Positions 12,320 through 23,951 of a stretch of 64,000 nt of DNA are shown here, piece by piece (positions within the stretch are counted from its first letter, which is position 1; every line of letters starts with the position of its first letter). The notes under the pieces are model-generated. The model worked only from the letters and a program-made list of their open reading frames with translations. It ran no database searches and was not told the origin of the DNA. A program made the translations under genes and the position numbers. The stretch comes from Callorhinchus milii (lineage: Eukaryota): the NCBI RefSeq assembly GCF_018977255.1, contig NW_024704742.1, positions 42,036,001-42,100,000 of the forward strand. Reading direction: 5' to 3'.

Positions 12320-12545
12320 TGTTCTGATGGTTCAGGTGAATGTTAAAGATCTCAAGACACTGTTTTGAAGAATATCAGGGAGTTTAATTAGTTAATCACA
12401 TCGTTGCTGTTTGGGGGTATGTTGCTAGTGCAGATTTACTGCCAAGTTTACCAACATAACATTAATTCCTCCGCGTAGTAACTCACGTAGAATTCTTTGA
12501 GATCTTTTGATGTGAAAAAGCAGTCTATCAAATATAATTCTTGTT
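12320..12545 (+). mobile_element. SacSINE1/AmnSINE1-like Deu SINE, old fragment
   Basis: gttcaggtgaatgttaaagatctcaagacactgttttgaagaa (Deu-domain start). Confidence 0.65.
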
Positions 12546-13609
12546 GGAATAATATTACAGAATTACGCTACCTTAGTGGTTGACTAGAACTATTTTTCGA
12601 GTGTTAATCATTCAGTACCAAAGTGGTTGATTTGTGATGCTCCTACTGTTAAATAACCTCACTGTTCAAGATGACAGATAAAGAATGGCCAATTTGGACA
12701 GGTTATCGGAAGTTGTCCAGTGGATGTGGAAATGGTCCCCGATGTCAGTCATCACCTTCGAGAGGAGGGGAGAAAGTTGTTAATGAGGAAAACCAAGTGA
12801 AACTAGACTGTGGGAACTTTATCCTCAGACCGGATGAAAAATTTACTCTCAGTGTAAGCGATAACCTGAGCCTCCTTGCTGTGACATGCTGTAGCTTTGT
12901 GAATGCCTTCCCTGGATGTAGTGAGCATAGCATCTTTGGTGATCGCTATCTCCTCCATATATGAGGTTGGAAGTGAACCTGGGGAATAAAGAGGCAGCAG
13001 CTTAGCTTGCATTACAGTATTATTCTTCCCCTAGCCCCAACACTACAAAAGGTGGTTTGTCCTCACAAGGCTTACTTCAAGTTTGTCATTAACTTTTGTG
13101 ATTAAGTAATTTTTTTTCTCTCTCTGGACAAACTGTGGTCTCGGGTAGGAAGCCGCTTTACCATCGGCCTCCCAGATGCTAATGTAATGTATAACTGGGC
13201 TAATCCGTTGCATTAGCCTTTGTTTCTTTTCTCTCCATCAAACTAATTTCCTGTTCGTAAATGAACAAACAAGTCACGAGGAGAAGGTGGGACATGGGAG
13301 AAAGTTACTTTTTTTTCTAATTTCTTTCTGCCCCTTTTCTTCCTCAGTTTTTAGTTTAAATATATATATGTATATATGGAAAAAAACTTTGAACAAAGAG
13401 GCTAGTCACAGAGCGCTGCTTGGGAAAGGAGGGCTGGTCTCAGGAATGTGCTGCGCTGTTTGCACCTTCTATTCTTCTTTTCATTTGTGTCGAGCTACCA
13501 CCCCAGCATGTGCGAATGTGCTCATCCTGCGTATATGTATGTGTATGTTTGGTGTGTTGTGTGTGCATTTTTGAGACATCCTCCTGATGTGAAATGTATA
13601 TAATCGTAA

Positions 13610-13740
13610 GTTATATTAATACTAATCCTTGCATTTGATATAGCACCTTATCACGTCTTCGAGACGTCTCAAAGTGCTTCACAGAATATACTGTAAAGTG
13701 AATTGATTATATATTTTGTGGGTGAAACATGTTAAGCCCC
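13610..13740 (-). mobile_element. Deu SINE 3' fragment
   Basis: aatccttgcatttgatatagcaccttatcacgtcttcgagacgtctcaaagtgcttcacag. Confidence 0.85.
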
Positions 13741-14142
13741 GCCTCGGTATTGCGTGTGTATGTTTGTGGTGTGTTTGTGGTATGTTTGTGCGCGTGCGTG
13801 CATATGTGTGCAAGTGCATATGTGTGCAAGTGCATATGTGTCTCCTCAGCATTTCTATGGGCTTCAGGAATGCAAGGGAAAAAAAATGGGAGGTGGAAGA
13901 ACAGGAGTATTGGAAGACACAAGGGACTGTTTTGTCCCCAGAAAAGTTGCTTTAATTTAAACCGATACCAACAAGCACAGAAAACCCATGCAAACCAAGC
14001 TTAGCCATTTCTATACTGTGTAAATGGCTGTAAAGATAATAATACAATAATTATTGCATTTGATATTGTTCCTTATTGCATCTTCGAGACATCACAAAGT
14101 ATTTACTGTGAAGTGTAGTGATTGTGTATTTGTAGGCAATAT

Positions 14143-14466
14143 ATAATAATAATAATAATCCTTGCATTTGATATAGCGCTTTTCACGTCGGGAGGACGTC
14201 CCAAAGCGCTTCACAGAACACACTGTAAAGTGAATTGACTGTATATTTGTGGGCGAACGCGGCAGCCAATTGCGCACAGCAATGTCCCACAAACAGTCGT
14301 AGATTGAAAATGACCAATTTAATTATTGTTTTTTTTTTTGGAGGGATTATTATTAGGCTCTGTGTGGAGTAAGGAAACTTGCCCAAGGTTTCGCCCTCTG
14401 CCTGGAATTGAACTCAGGTCTCTCACTTGCAAAGCGAGTGCTCTAACCACTGAGCTACAGGACTCC
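14143..14466 (-). mobile_element. Full-length young tRNA-Ala-derived Deu-core SINE (SINE2-1_CM-like)
   Basis: Reverse complement starts GGAGTCCTGTAGCTCAGTGGTTAGAGCACTCGCTTTGCAAG (A box, TGC anticodon), B box GAGTTCAATTCC, Deu core, L2-type tail, (ATT)n; near-identical to the 20.9, 38.6 and 54.1 kb copies. Confidence 0.95.
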
Positions 14467-14979
14467 ACATTATTATTATAAAGGTCATGAGGTGAATGAC
14501 CAATTTTATTTGGGGGATTATTGAAATACCGACATGGTTCGTAATACTAAAAATGACGACAAACATCCATTGTGAGAAATATTTTCTTCAATACATTAAT
14601 GTCTTGGTTCTCTCGGTGAAATGCAAGCCTTTTTTTTAATAAATGGTAACAGGCTTGTGGAGTAGACTACTGACAAGATGGTGGAGCAAGTAATTACAAA
14701 AGCATTTTGAAGCATTTCACAGAAAATCATTGTCAAATGTGGTGACTTTTTATAAGCAAATGCGACAGCCAATTTGCACTCAGTCAGGTCCCACAACCAC
14801 CTTGAAGTGGTCAACCAATTTATCTGGAGAATTGTTGTCCAAGTAGCTCCTTATGGCTGAGAATTTGGGTGATGACATGATGCTCTTGAGGCAGCCAGGC
14901 CTTCACTCTGAGATGATGAACTCAGTGGAGATTGAACCTGGAACTATTGTGCGGTATTGTAGGCTAGCACCTTAAAATA

Positions 14980-15165
14980 AAATGAAATAATCCTTACATT
15001 TAATATAGTGCCTTTCACGTCTCAAAGAACATCCTTCACAGGATATACTGTAAAGTGTAATGACAAGATATTTTGTAGGCAAACACGGCAGCCTATTTGC
15101 CAGGACACTGGGAGAAATTTCCTTCTCCTTTTCAAATAGTGCCATGGGCTGTTTATCATCCAGCA
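14980..15165 (-). mobile_element. SacSINE1-like Deu SINE fragment
   Basis: ccaggacactgggagaaatttccttctccttttcaaatagtgccatggg. Confidence 0.75.
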
Positions 15166-15331
15166 TCACGCAGTGTTACTTATTTTTTGTGTGTTACTTA
15201 TGAATATTAATTTGTTGAATGATTTCTTTGGACTATGTATGCTGTTAATGTATGTTAATGGTTGGTGTGACTGAACATTTACATCCCTGATTGTTAGCTG
15301 AGCAATTAAGTGTACAATTTTGACTTAAGTA

Positions 15332-15750
15332 CAATACAATTTACATTTCGATAGTACCTTTCATGTCGGGAGGCCGTCTCAAAGCACTTAATGCTGCTGG
15401 CACGGCACCCGAGCTGGAGGTGGAAGCCGAAAGTGTGGAAAGGAAAAAGATGACCAAAAGCATGGTCAAAGAGGTCTTCACATTGACCTTGAACGAGATG
15501 AGAAAGGGAGCGGATCAGAGGGACTGTGGGGACAGAATGGCTGAAAATCTGCCTGCAGATGTTGGGGCAAATAGGGGGAGGATATGAATTCAAGCAGGTC
15601 AGCATTTGCTGAACAGAGGGAGAGACTTGATCAGTAGAGTTGAAAGAGCTTGCGTTGGTCAGGTAGGGTAAGGTGGTGGAGGGATTTGAGGTAGTGATGT
15701 AACAAGACTCTGAGTTGAGGTGGGAATTCCATTGAAGGAGGTAATGAAAG
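15332..15750 (-). mobile_element. L2 LINE 3' fragment
   Basis: Tail atttacatttcgatagtacctttcatgtcgggagg...; minus-strand LFDHAF motif. Confidence 0.65.
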
Positions 15751-16917
15751 GCAAGAAGGCATGTTAGAGTAATACCAGCATTACAAAGTGGAAAGAAATG
15801 CAACCAAGACCCATGAAGGAAATATCTGTGAGTGACAAGAAAGTTCAGATGTTGAAATTGGGTGAAACCATCTTGATTAAAATCGAGAAGAAAAGAGGAA
15901 TAAAAAAACCTAGCATAAAGGCTGGAAAGAAATAAATCTTTGCAGGAGCAGACAATGAAGATACGTTTTCCCCTCTAGCAGAAAAAGATTAAACCTAGAA
16001 GTAACTGAATAGCAGAGAAAAGCAGGCAGAAAGGTTGATTGCTTCCCCTCCCACAGTTCAAACTGATGAAAAAAACGCTCAATTCAAGTTATGTTTGTTC
16101 TGTGTCTTAAACCATCTGACTTCTCTCACTGGAGAGACAGAATACACTGCTAGGAAATGAGCCAGGCTAAAAAGTCATTGCCATTGACAATTGCTTCTAA
16201 TCCTCACAAAATGCTGAAGAAATTTAATTTATTCTGTAAATTGGTCAGAATGTTACCTAGGTCACTCAGCGATGAGAACATTGAACTGAGAAGTCGAATT
16301 GGCCACATCTTTGTCCTGTGCCTGAATGTTGAACCCAACCCACAACAAAGGTTCCTGCCAAACTCGGTGGGAACGCCACACAAAGCGTTGGCCAGAGAGT
16401 TCTGTTGGTTGCCACAAAAAGCCTAGTAAAAAGGCAGCGAGAAGAGCGAACGACACTTCAACGAGAAGAGCAAAAGTCACTTCAGTCTGAAACAGTTCTT
16501 TTAATTAACGTTCACCGTAACTGGAAATAACTATGAAATAAATAATGCATCTAATTGGAATTCCCAGAGCTTTTAGTATCCTGCGGCGCTCTGCTGTACC
16601 TGCTTGTAATGGAGCTTTTTTATAAAAAGTGATTCCAGTGGATTGAAACCCATCTGGGTAATCTTTGTTAGTTCAGTAGTTTACAGGTGGGATCTTATCA
16701 GTTACCTAATCTATGCGTTAATGTTCTTTTTCTTCGTTCCTCAGTAATGTGATAGAATTAACTGCGGTAAACATTAGAAGCAGTTTCTGCAGGTAACTTT
16801 ACATAGAGTAATCTGATTCAGGGTTATTACACTTCGAACAGATTGATCAACTCATTAAACCAATTATAAAACATTGCAGTTTCTAGAAGATAACTAAACT
16901 ATGGCCAGGGATGCAGC

Positions 16918-16979
16918 CAATGGGGTAACATTTGCTGGTGTTTCTTAATTAAGAAACAACTGAAAATGTTACCCCATTG
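16918..16979. repeat. 62 bp spacer-less palindrome
   Basis: 31 bp arms, 28 of 31 complementary, centred on TTAA|TTAA. Confidence 0.95.
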
Positions 16980-17544
16980 TTTCCAATGTAAAAATATCAA
17001 ACGTGCCTTTCAAAATGGCAGCTTATTTGGCTGATAATTCTATCTTGCACAAGATCACAAGGTTGGTTTGGATGAAGAAAGCCTTCGGGCCATCCAATCT
17101 CATCTTTGCGGAGTATTCACCATACAGTTCATTCGTCACAACATCAAGCTGATTTTTAAATGAGTCCAGTGTCATTTGGCCTCAACCTATCTTTCCTGGC
17201 AACCTGTTGTAATCATTGAGTCTAAAGTTACTCTGAATTCTTAGCATTCAAAATTTGGCAAGTTCTTAAAATGCAGCCTTAATTTTGAAGCTAGTTTTCT
17301 TTCAATTCTTTGCACAAGTACAGAAAACCAACTTCAAAGCTGAATTTGACAATTACGTAATTCTGGACTCTCTAAAATGCAACATAAATAAAGTAAATCT
17401 GGAAGCATGTGGAATTTCTCCCCCGTATGTCTGAAATGCTTGGTTTGACTGGCTTTTTAGTACCAATATTTAATAAACTTAAGATTAATTAATGAACTTT
17501 TAAACATAATTATATAATTACATACTTAATCAATTAATTAAGAA

Positions 17545-17755
17545 CATTACAGCACAGAATCAAACCAGTCAGCATAACCAGTCCATTCCAGTGTTTATAC
17601 TGCACAGGGTCTCCAACCATTCTCATTTCTATTCTCCTCTACCACATGTATGTATCAATTTTCCTCTTAAATATGCTGATGCGTTTTGCTTTCAAGCAGT
17701 GAATTTCAAACTCTCACTACCCTCTGCGTAAAGAAGTGCCTCTTAAACTCCTTTT
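17545..17755 (-). mobile_element. CR1 3' fragment
   Basis: acagcacagaa...; cagtgaatttcaaactctcactaccctctgcgtaaagaag (reverse complement reads FFTQRVV..). Confidence 0.65.
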
Positions 17756-17756
17756 A

Positions 17757-18012
17757 GATAATAATAATCCTTACATTTCATATAATATCTTTTATGTCAG
17801 AGCACATCTCAAAACACTTCATGTGATTTACTGTGAAGTGTGGTGGCTGTGTAGTTTGTAGGCGAATGTGGCAGCCAATTTTTTGCATAGCAATATCCCA
17901 TAAACAGCTCTAACGTGAACAACCAATTTATTTGGGGAATTGTTGTCCAGGACACTAGATGAAACACTTCTCTTTTACAAATTATGCCATGGGATCTTTA
18001 ACTTCCATCTTT
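17757..18012 (-). mobile_element. SacSINE1-like Deu SINE, 3' half
   Basis: Tail, core ggcagccaatt, ccaggacact, tgccatgggatctttaac. Confidence 0.8.
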
Positions 18013-18214
18013 AACGTTTTCATGTGTTGAGGTGCTGCTCACTGTGCTGTGCGCAAAAGATGTGCCACACCATCATTTGCTCCCTCTTATCATAGGACAG
18101 ATATATTATCCTGAGGAGCACAAGTTCTTATATTTCTTGTCAGCAGCTTTATTTTATGAGCTACGTATTGGGACAAATTCCATTTGGATCTAGATTTACT
18201 CTATTTTTCTAGCC

Positions 18215-18676
18215 TTGGAGAGTGTCCATTAGACTAATACCTGGGCTGAAAGAGCTTAGCTATGATGAGAGGGTGGGGAAACTGGAGTTCTATTCCTTAG
18301 AGCAGAGGTGGTTAAGGAGTGATTTGATAATGGTATTTAAAATGATGAACAGAATTAACACATTAAACAGATTGGACGACTTTTCCCTATGGCATTATAA
18401 GGAGGCATAGAGTTAAAATTAGACAGTTAGAGCTGAGATCAGGAAGCATTTTGTCACACCCGGGGTTGTGAAGGTGTAGAAAGCTTTGCCCCAGAAAGCT
18501 GTAGAAGTGGAATCAGTAATGGAGTTTGAAAGAGAGATAGATAGATACTTGGGTAGTAGAGGAATTAAAGGTTATACTAAAAGGGCAGGTCATTGGGATT
18601 AAAAGATCTGCCAAAATCTAATTAGCTGGTGGAACTAAAAGGGGGCTGAACGGCCTCTTCAGTTCCTATGTTCCTA
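18215..18676 (+). pseudogene. CR1 LINE 3' end (ORF2 C-terminus plus 3'UTR)
   Basis: RLIPGLKELSYDERVGKLEFYSLEQRWLRSDLIMVFKMM; terminal gggctgaacggcct...ttcctatgttccta. Confidence 0.92.
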
Positions 18677-19249
18677 AGTATCAGTTCCAGGAGGAGACTT
18701 CCTTTTGGAGACTTTCTTTACACTGGGGTCTCGTTTGTGGTATTATTTTTAACAGATTTCTTAATAGGAAATGTGTAATCATCGAAATTCTCAAACATCA
18801 AATCTGCTGAAGAATGTTTTAGAAATGTAATATTGCGCTCAGCTTGAAAATCTACAATCCTTCTGTCAGTGAGTTATGATATCTTGATTTCTTGACATGC
18901 GGTGTGGTTCATATTCCAGTACCAGTTTAGATAGAAGCTGCTTGCTGAACACAGAAACTGTTGCAAATTCTCCTGCCCCTACACCCATTCATGTTGCAGG
19001 AGCAGCAATGTGGAAAGAACTGCGCTGCACACCACAAACCTGTGCTTACACATTTGCTTCCAAAGTCACAAGTCCTTCATTAGCCATGTTCTTCATATAA
19101 GGGAAGATTTACACAGCTGGTGTGGAAACCACATCACTGGCATGTAGATGGTAAAAGAGGGTTGTCCATCAAAGAGTGATGCAGACAGCAACACCTCACC
19201 TCCTCCAGAATTGCTGCCTTTTCTCTATGCTGGGTGGGTTGTAAAAACA

Positions 19250-19628
19250 CTGGTGATTAGTCAGCTTCTCAGTTAAAAAGGTTTGGGTTCAAACCCCATG
19301 CCCTTGACGTCAAACTCACAGTCCAGGCAGAGAGTTTAATATAATACTGCTGAGCCCTGTATTGTTGCAATAAACTCCCTTCTCTTTTTGAATAGCGTCC
19401 TGTCCGGCTGCTGAGGCAGATATTAAAGATCCCATGACACTATTCAGAAAGAGAAGAGAGTTTCTCCCAGGGGCCTGGCCAACAATCCCCCAGATAAAAT
19501 GGGTCCTTTGCTTCATGGCTGTTTGTGGGATGTTGCTGTGCACAAATTGGCTATGTGTGTTGACAAAATACACAATCACTCAACTGTGAATTTGAGAGGT
19601 CCTCCTGAAGTGAAAGGTGCTATGTAAA
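19250..19628 (+). mobile_element. SacSINE1-like Deu SINE
   Basis: B-box-like gggttcaaacccc, aaagatcccatgacactatt, gctgtttgtgggatgttgctgtgcacaaattggct, L2-type tail. Confidence 0.8.
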
Positions 19629-20254
19629 AAATGTCAAAATGCAAATGTAAGGGAAACATTTAGAGGGTCTCAGTGGTAACAGTGAACAATGCCATTTCAC
19701 TTTTATGGCAGTGAAGACATGGTTAACATTGATGGCAGCATCACAACATCCATATGATTTTATTTAGCATTCCTGCAGGCAGTCCAGCTGTTTGTATGTG
19801 ATGGTTCTTTTTCTTTTGACCTGCCATATAGTTGTCTTCAGCATTTAATCTGTAAATCATTGTCATACATCAGGCTAGTAGCATCGTTATTCTGCTTACT
19901 TTGTGCAATGTGGTGCTTGTGCAATCTATTTCTAAAATTCCTGCCCTAACAACAGCAGAGCTGGTAGGGGACACTGTAGGTGAATTTGTGATGTGGAAAT
20001 CTATGAATTTAGCATCTTCAAAGTGCAGAGTCCCTGTCATTAGATCAGTTGAAGGATTGTACTGAAGTACGTCATCAAAGTAACTGAACCATCAAATCCA
20101 CTGTCGCATGACAATAGCTGCCCAATTGTGATTTTCCATTTGTTTCAATAGCATTTACAGCTCATTTTAATATGCATATGCAGATTCTACATAAAATGGA
20201 AAATGAAAGTATTAGTGTGTAATTACATTTCTATTGATCCATTCATCCACGGAG

Positions 20255-20460
20255 CTTTTTGGAACGTTGTGTTTTTGTTCGACCCTGAGTTCTCCTCTAA
20301 AACTTTCATCCAGACTCTGTCTTTATCTTCAAGTGCCTCCATGGTTTTCTTCTGTCATCTCGTTTGCCATCTGCCCTCTGCCTGCTCCACCCCACCATCG
20401 GCAGCCCAGACATTTTGCCCTACCATTTGGAAATCTGCTCTAAAATCCCTCGGCACCCAA
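20255..20460 (+). mobile_element. L2 fragment
   Basis: WNVVFLFDPEFSSKTFIQ resembles the L2 motif RNLGV.FDP.LSF..HI. Confidence 0.5.
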
Positions 20461-20914
20461 CCCCCCACCACCCCCTCTGTTCATTTTCATGATGTGACAA
20501 TTAACATTTTCCATTATAAAACTTCACATCCTTTTCAATTGTGGGTAATGAAAAAGTAGAAATAGTATCAGAACTCATTCTGGAGTTGGTTTAAGAAATA
20601 TAACCAAAGCAATCTAACTCTCAATGCTTTCAACTAGCAAACAAATTCTGTGGAAAGAAAAACCTATGAATTTTAAATGTTCTTACACTGTGATTTAATG
20701 GTCAGAGATTGTTGACATTGTTGACAGATGATTTTGTAGAATTAGTATTTAAATTGGTTATTTGCTTATCCAGGGATTGTATTGACCTGTCTGTCTCTGA
20801 TTTTGAATTTAAAGGGACATTGTCATTATTTACCCTCCTTTATTTGTTTGCCTAATGCTGTGATGCAACTTTAAGGTTTCAGGAGTTCCTCCACAACCTT
20901 GGGGAGGAGATTTG

Positions 20915-21224
20915 TAATAATAATAATAATCCTTGCATTTGATATAGCGCTTTTCACGTCGGGAGGACGTCCCAAAGCGCTTCACAGAATATACTGTAAA
21001 GTGAATTGACTGTATATTTGTGGGCGAACGTGGCAGCCAATTGCGCACAGCAATGTCCCACAAACAGTCGTGGATTGAAAATGACCAATTTATTATTTTT
21101 AGGGAGGCATTATTATTAGGCGTGTGGAGTAAGGAAACTTGCCCAAGGTTTCGCCCTGCCTGGAATTGAACTCAGGTCTCTCACTTGCAAAGCGAGTGCT
21201 CTAACCACTGAGCTACAGGATTCC
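20915..21224 (-). mobile_element. Full-length young tRNA-Ala Deu-core SINE
   Basis: Near-identical to 14143-14466. Confidence 0.95.
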
Positions 21225-21829
21225 AACTTTGTGTTGTATGATGTGAAATTACCAGAAAGATTGAGGGCAGAACACTGGACTCAATTGAAAAAGCAGCTTG
21301 AAGTTGTGAAGGGAGGATGCTAGGGTTGGTGTTCTGGAAAGACACAGTCCAGAATTGCAGTTGTTGTTTATGTCCTGTATTGAATGACTGGTTTGGGGGC
21401 AGAATATCTCTTCAGCTTCTGGAGAATGTCCCGAAGACAGCTAAGAGATACAATGAAAGCAGCCAAGAGTTACACGCTGACTTGGAAAACATTGGCAGAA
21501 GAAACATTTGTTAATGACTAAGCATTGAATGTATTATCATTAACTGTGGATATTGCTTCAGGACAGAGTGCCTTGTAGAACATGAGGCCCAGTGGCTGGA
21601 TGTGTGGTAATTTGGCAGCTTTGAAGCCGGCATGAATGCTTTGAGCAGTGACTTCTTTAAGATAAGCTTTTCTATGGGGAAACATTAACATTTCCAGTTA
21701 GCGCCTTATCAGATTAGTTAATCAGGATGAATCCCTCCAGAGAGAGAGAGAGTGTATTTCATTTCAATACATGGGAATTTTCATGTGTAGGTGGGATGCA
21801 TGGAATTCTCAGTTTGGTTTGGATACTCT

Positions 21830-21895
21830 TTTTTGGTCAGCCAGATGTCTGACAAATGAGTCTCTGCATCTGTCAGACATCTGGCTGACCAAAAA
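21830..21895. repeat. Perfect 25 bp inverted repeat with 16 nt spacer
   Basis: tttttggtcagccagatgtctgaca (21830-21854) / tgtcagacatctggctgaccaaaaa (21871-21895). Confidence 0.97.
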
Positions 21896-23879
21896 TAACC
21901 CAGATCAGATTCAAAATATATTGGATGTAATAGTTACACAAATGAGTCTGAGGAACAGGAAGATGGTCAAGTAAACTTATGCACCATTTGAAGCTGTACT
22001 GAATGTACTAGATGCTAAATGTATAATGATGGTACTCTTGAGAGACAGTGGCCAGCCACAAGCAGTGTTTGTAGAGCCTTGTGAAAATTGACAGATGATT
22101 GACAGGATAAACAGTTCCACTCTGTTCTGATAACACATGCTGTGAGCCCTCAAAGAAGCAGAATATCACATAAACCCAAGGAAGAAGCCAGAATTCAATT
22201 TTTATTAAACGTTATTTGGTGCAATGAGTGCAAACAGCACTTTAATTAGGAGCTGAGCATTGCCAAGGCTATTCAGTTAGTTTGCAGACAGCGGGCTGAT
22301 TCTGTGAAGGAAACTGAAAGAATCTGTAAAAGGAAGAGTGCACTAAGGTGGCAAAACAAACTATGGGAGTTCTCATTAAAAGGGACTTAAAATAACCCTG
22401 CACTGGATCATTTCTGAATATGGTGGTTCATTCTTGAATGCTTTTGTCATTTTCAGCACAGAGAGCTCTAAATTGTTCTACAAATGATGTTCAGTGTGCA
22501 GTAATCTCCACAATGCAGCTAAGTCCTGATTTTTAAACTGGCGTCATTAACTTGAATGCGTTGAGGTTGAATGCTGCATATTTTACCAAGATCCTTTCGT
22601 CCATGTACTTAGGTATTGCCAGACTAGTGTTGCGTGCTCTGGTGCTTGCCCTCTTTGTAGTTTCTCAAGAGCTAAAATGTGACCTGTGTGTCGGTGGAAG
22701 CCTGCGAAGTGCATGATTATTAAGAGATTGTTTACTTCTAAATCTTCTAAATCTCTAATGTTTTGCCATCCAGTTCCCATTATTAACATTAGTAAATGCA
22801 AATAGGGTGCTTTATTTTTCTCGTTTCCAGCCTGGCAGTGTAAAATAGTAATGAACTGTTGTTATCATCCTAAATATTAAACACCATTTCAAATATAAGT
22901 GCATTTGTGTTCCACAGGAGAGGTTGTAGGTGATCCTCTTTAAGTATTTAAGCTCTAAGTGTATACAAATTATTGAGAATTGACTACAGATTGTACAATT
23001 CAACTGTTCATTTTATAAGCACATACATTTGGCTATGGTTGAAAATGTAGGAAAACTTTTACGTTATTTTTGACAAGGCTACTTTAAAATAATATAATAA
23101 TCTTTGCATTTGATGTAGTGCCTGATCACGCACTTGTGCACAACAATGTCCCAAGAACAGTCGTGGATTGAGTGACAAAATGATGATTATTATTTTTTAA
23201 CTACTGTATGGGGATGGGGGTGTGTGGGGGGAAATACATACATACCTCACGGGGCGGGGTGGAGGGGAAAGAGCACAAAAATTCAGTATCTTGGCTCCTG
23301 TAGCATTTTCCAGTAAATCACAGAGGCAGGGAGCGAGCTAGTTAGCTTTGTGTTAGTGTGGGAGCAACACTGTGTCAGTAGCAAATGTAAAATACAATTG
23401 TAATGATTTTCAAAGTGGATACAGTTCTTGATGATGCAGTCCTGACACTAGATAAAGAAACTAGGCTTCCCAAAAGGGGAGAGGGTGCTATCTCTCAGCT
23501 TTAGGGCTTTTGGCTGGAAACAGTATTCCCATGGCATGGGAAGTAATACCTTTTATCAAGTTCAAAGCACTGTGGTTTCATATATAGAGAATTGTATCTG
23601 TATAATTCATGATGCTTTCACATTTACTGCAACCAAAGATTGACTTATTTTCTAAGAACGTGGATTCTGCCAGAAGCCCACATCAGTAGACGTCTGTTCA
23701 AGTAGAATAGCAAGCTTTTCTGCACTAATGTTCTCTTTTGGATTAAAATAATTTGCAGAGCAGCACTTGATAGCATGGAGAACGATTTGGGGTTTTAATC
23801 CTTCTTTTCCACTGCCAAACGTGGTGCATTAAGAGAAGCAGACGATCTTACATGATCTCATTCACATTCCAAGCCAGAA

Positions 23880-23951
23880 CAGACGTTATAGTGGGTCAGA
23901 TACGATGGGCCCAGCGGCCTCCTTCTGTGCTGAAAGTTTTTTATGCTTCTA
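23880..23951 (+). mobile_element. CR1-type 3' tail remnant
   Basis: gatgggcccagcggcctccttctgtgctg...ttatgcttcta. Confidence 0.6.

Noticed and set aside
13707-14004. Overlapping Cys/Val-rich ORFs
   Set aside because: Produced by a degenerate (GT)n tract
14092-14386. Recurrent ORFs ending ...YIKCKDYYYY (also at 20.8, 30.7, 38.6 and 54.1 kb)
   Set aside because: Translations of the SINE sequence and its (ATT)n tail
14390-14466. tRNA-Ala(TGC) gene (also at 21.2, 38.9, 45.2 and 54.1 kb)
   Set aside because: The T and acceptor arms are imperfect and each runs into a SINE body and tail, so these are SINE heads
21317-21520. Possible very old CR1 RT remnant (SQELHADLENIG)
   Set aside because: Only one weak motif; not supportable by eye
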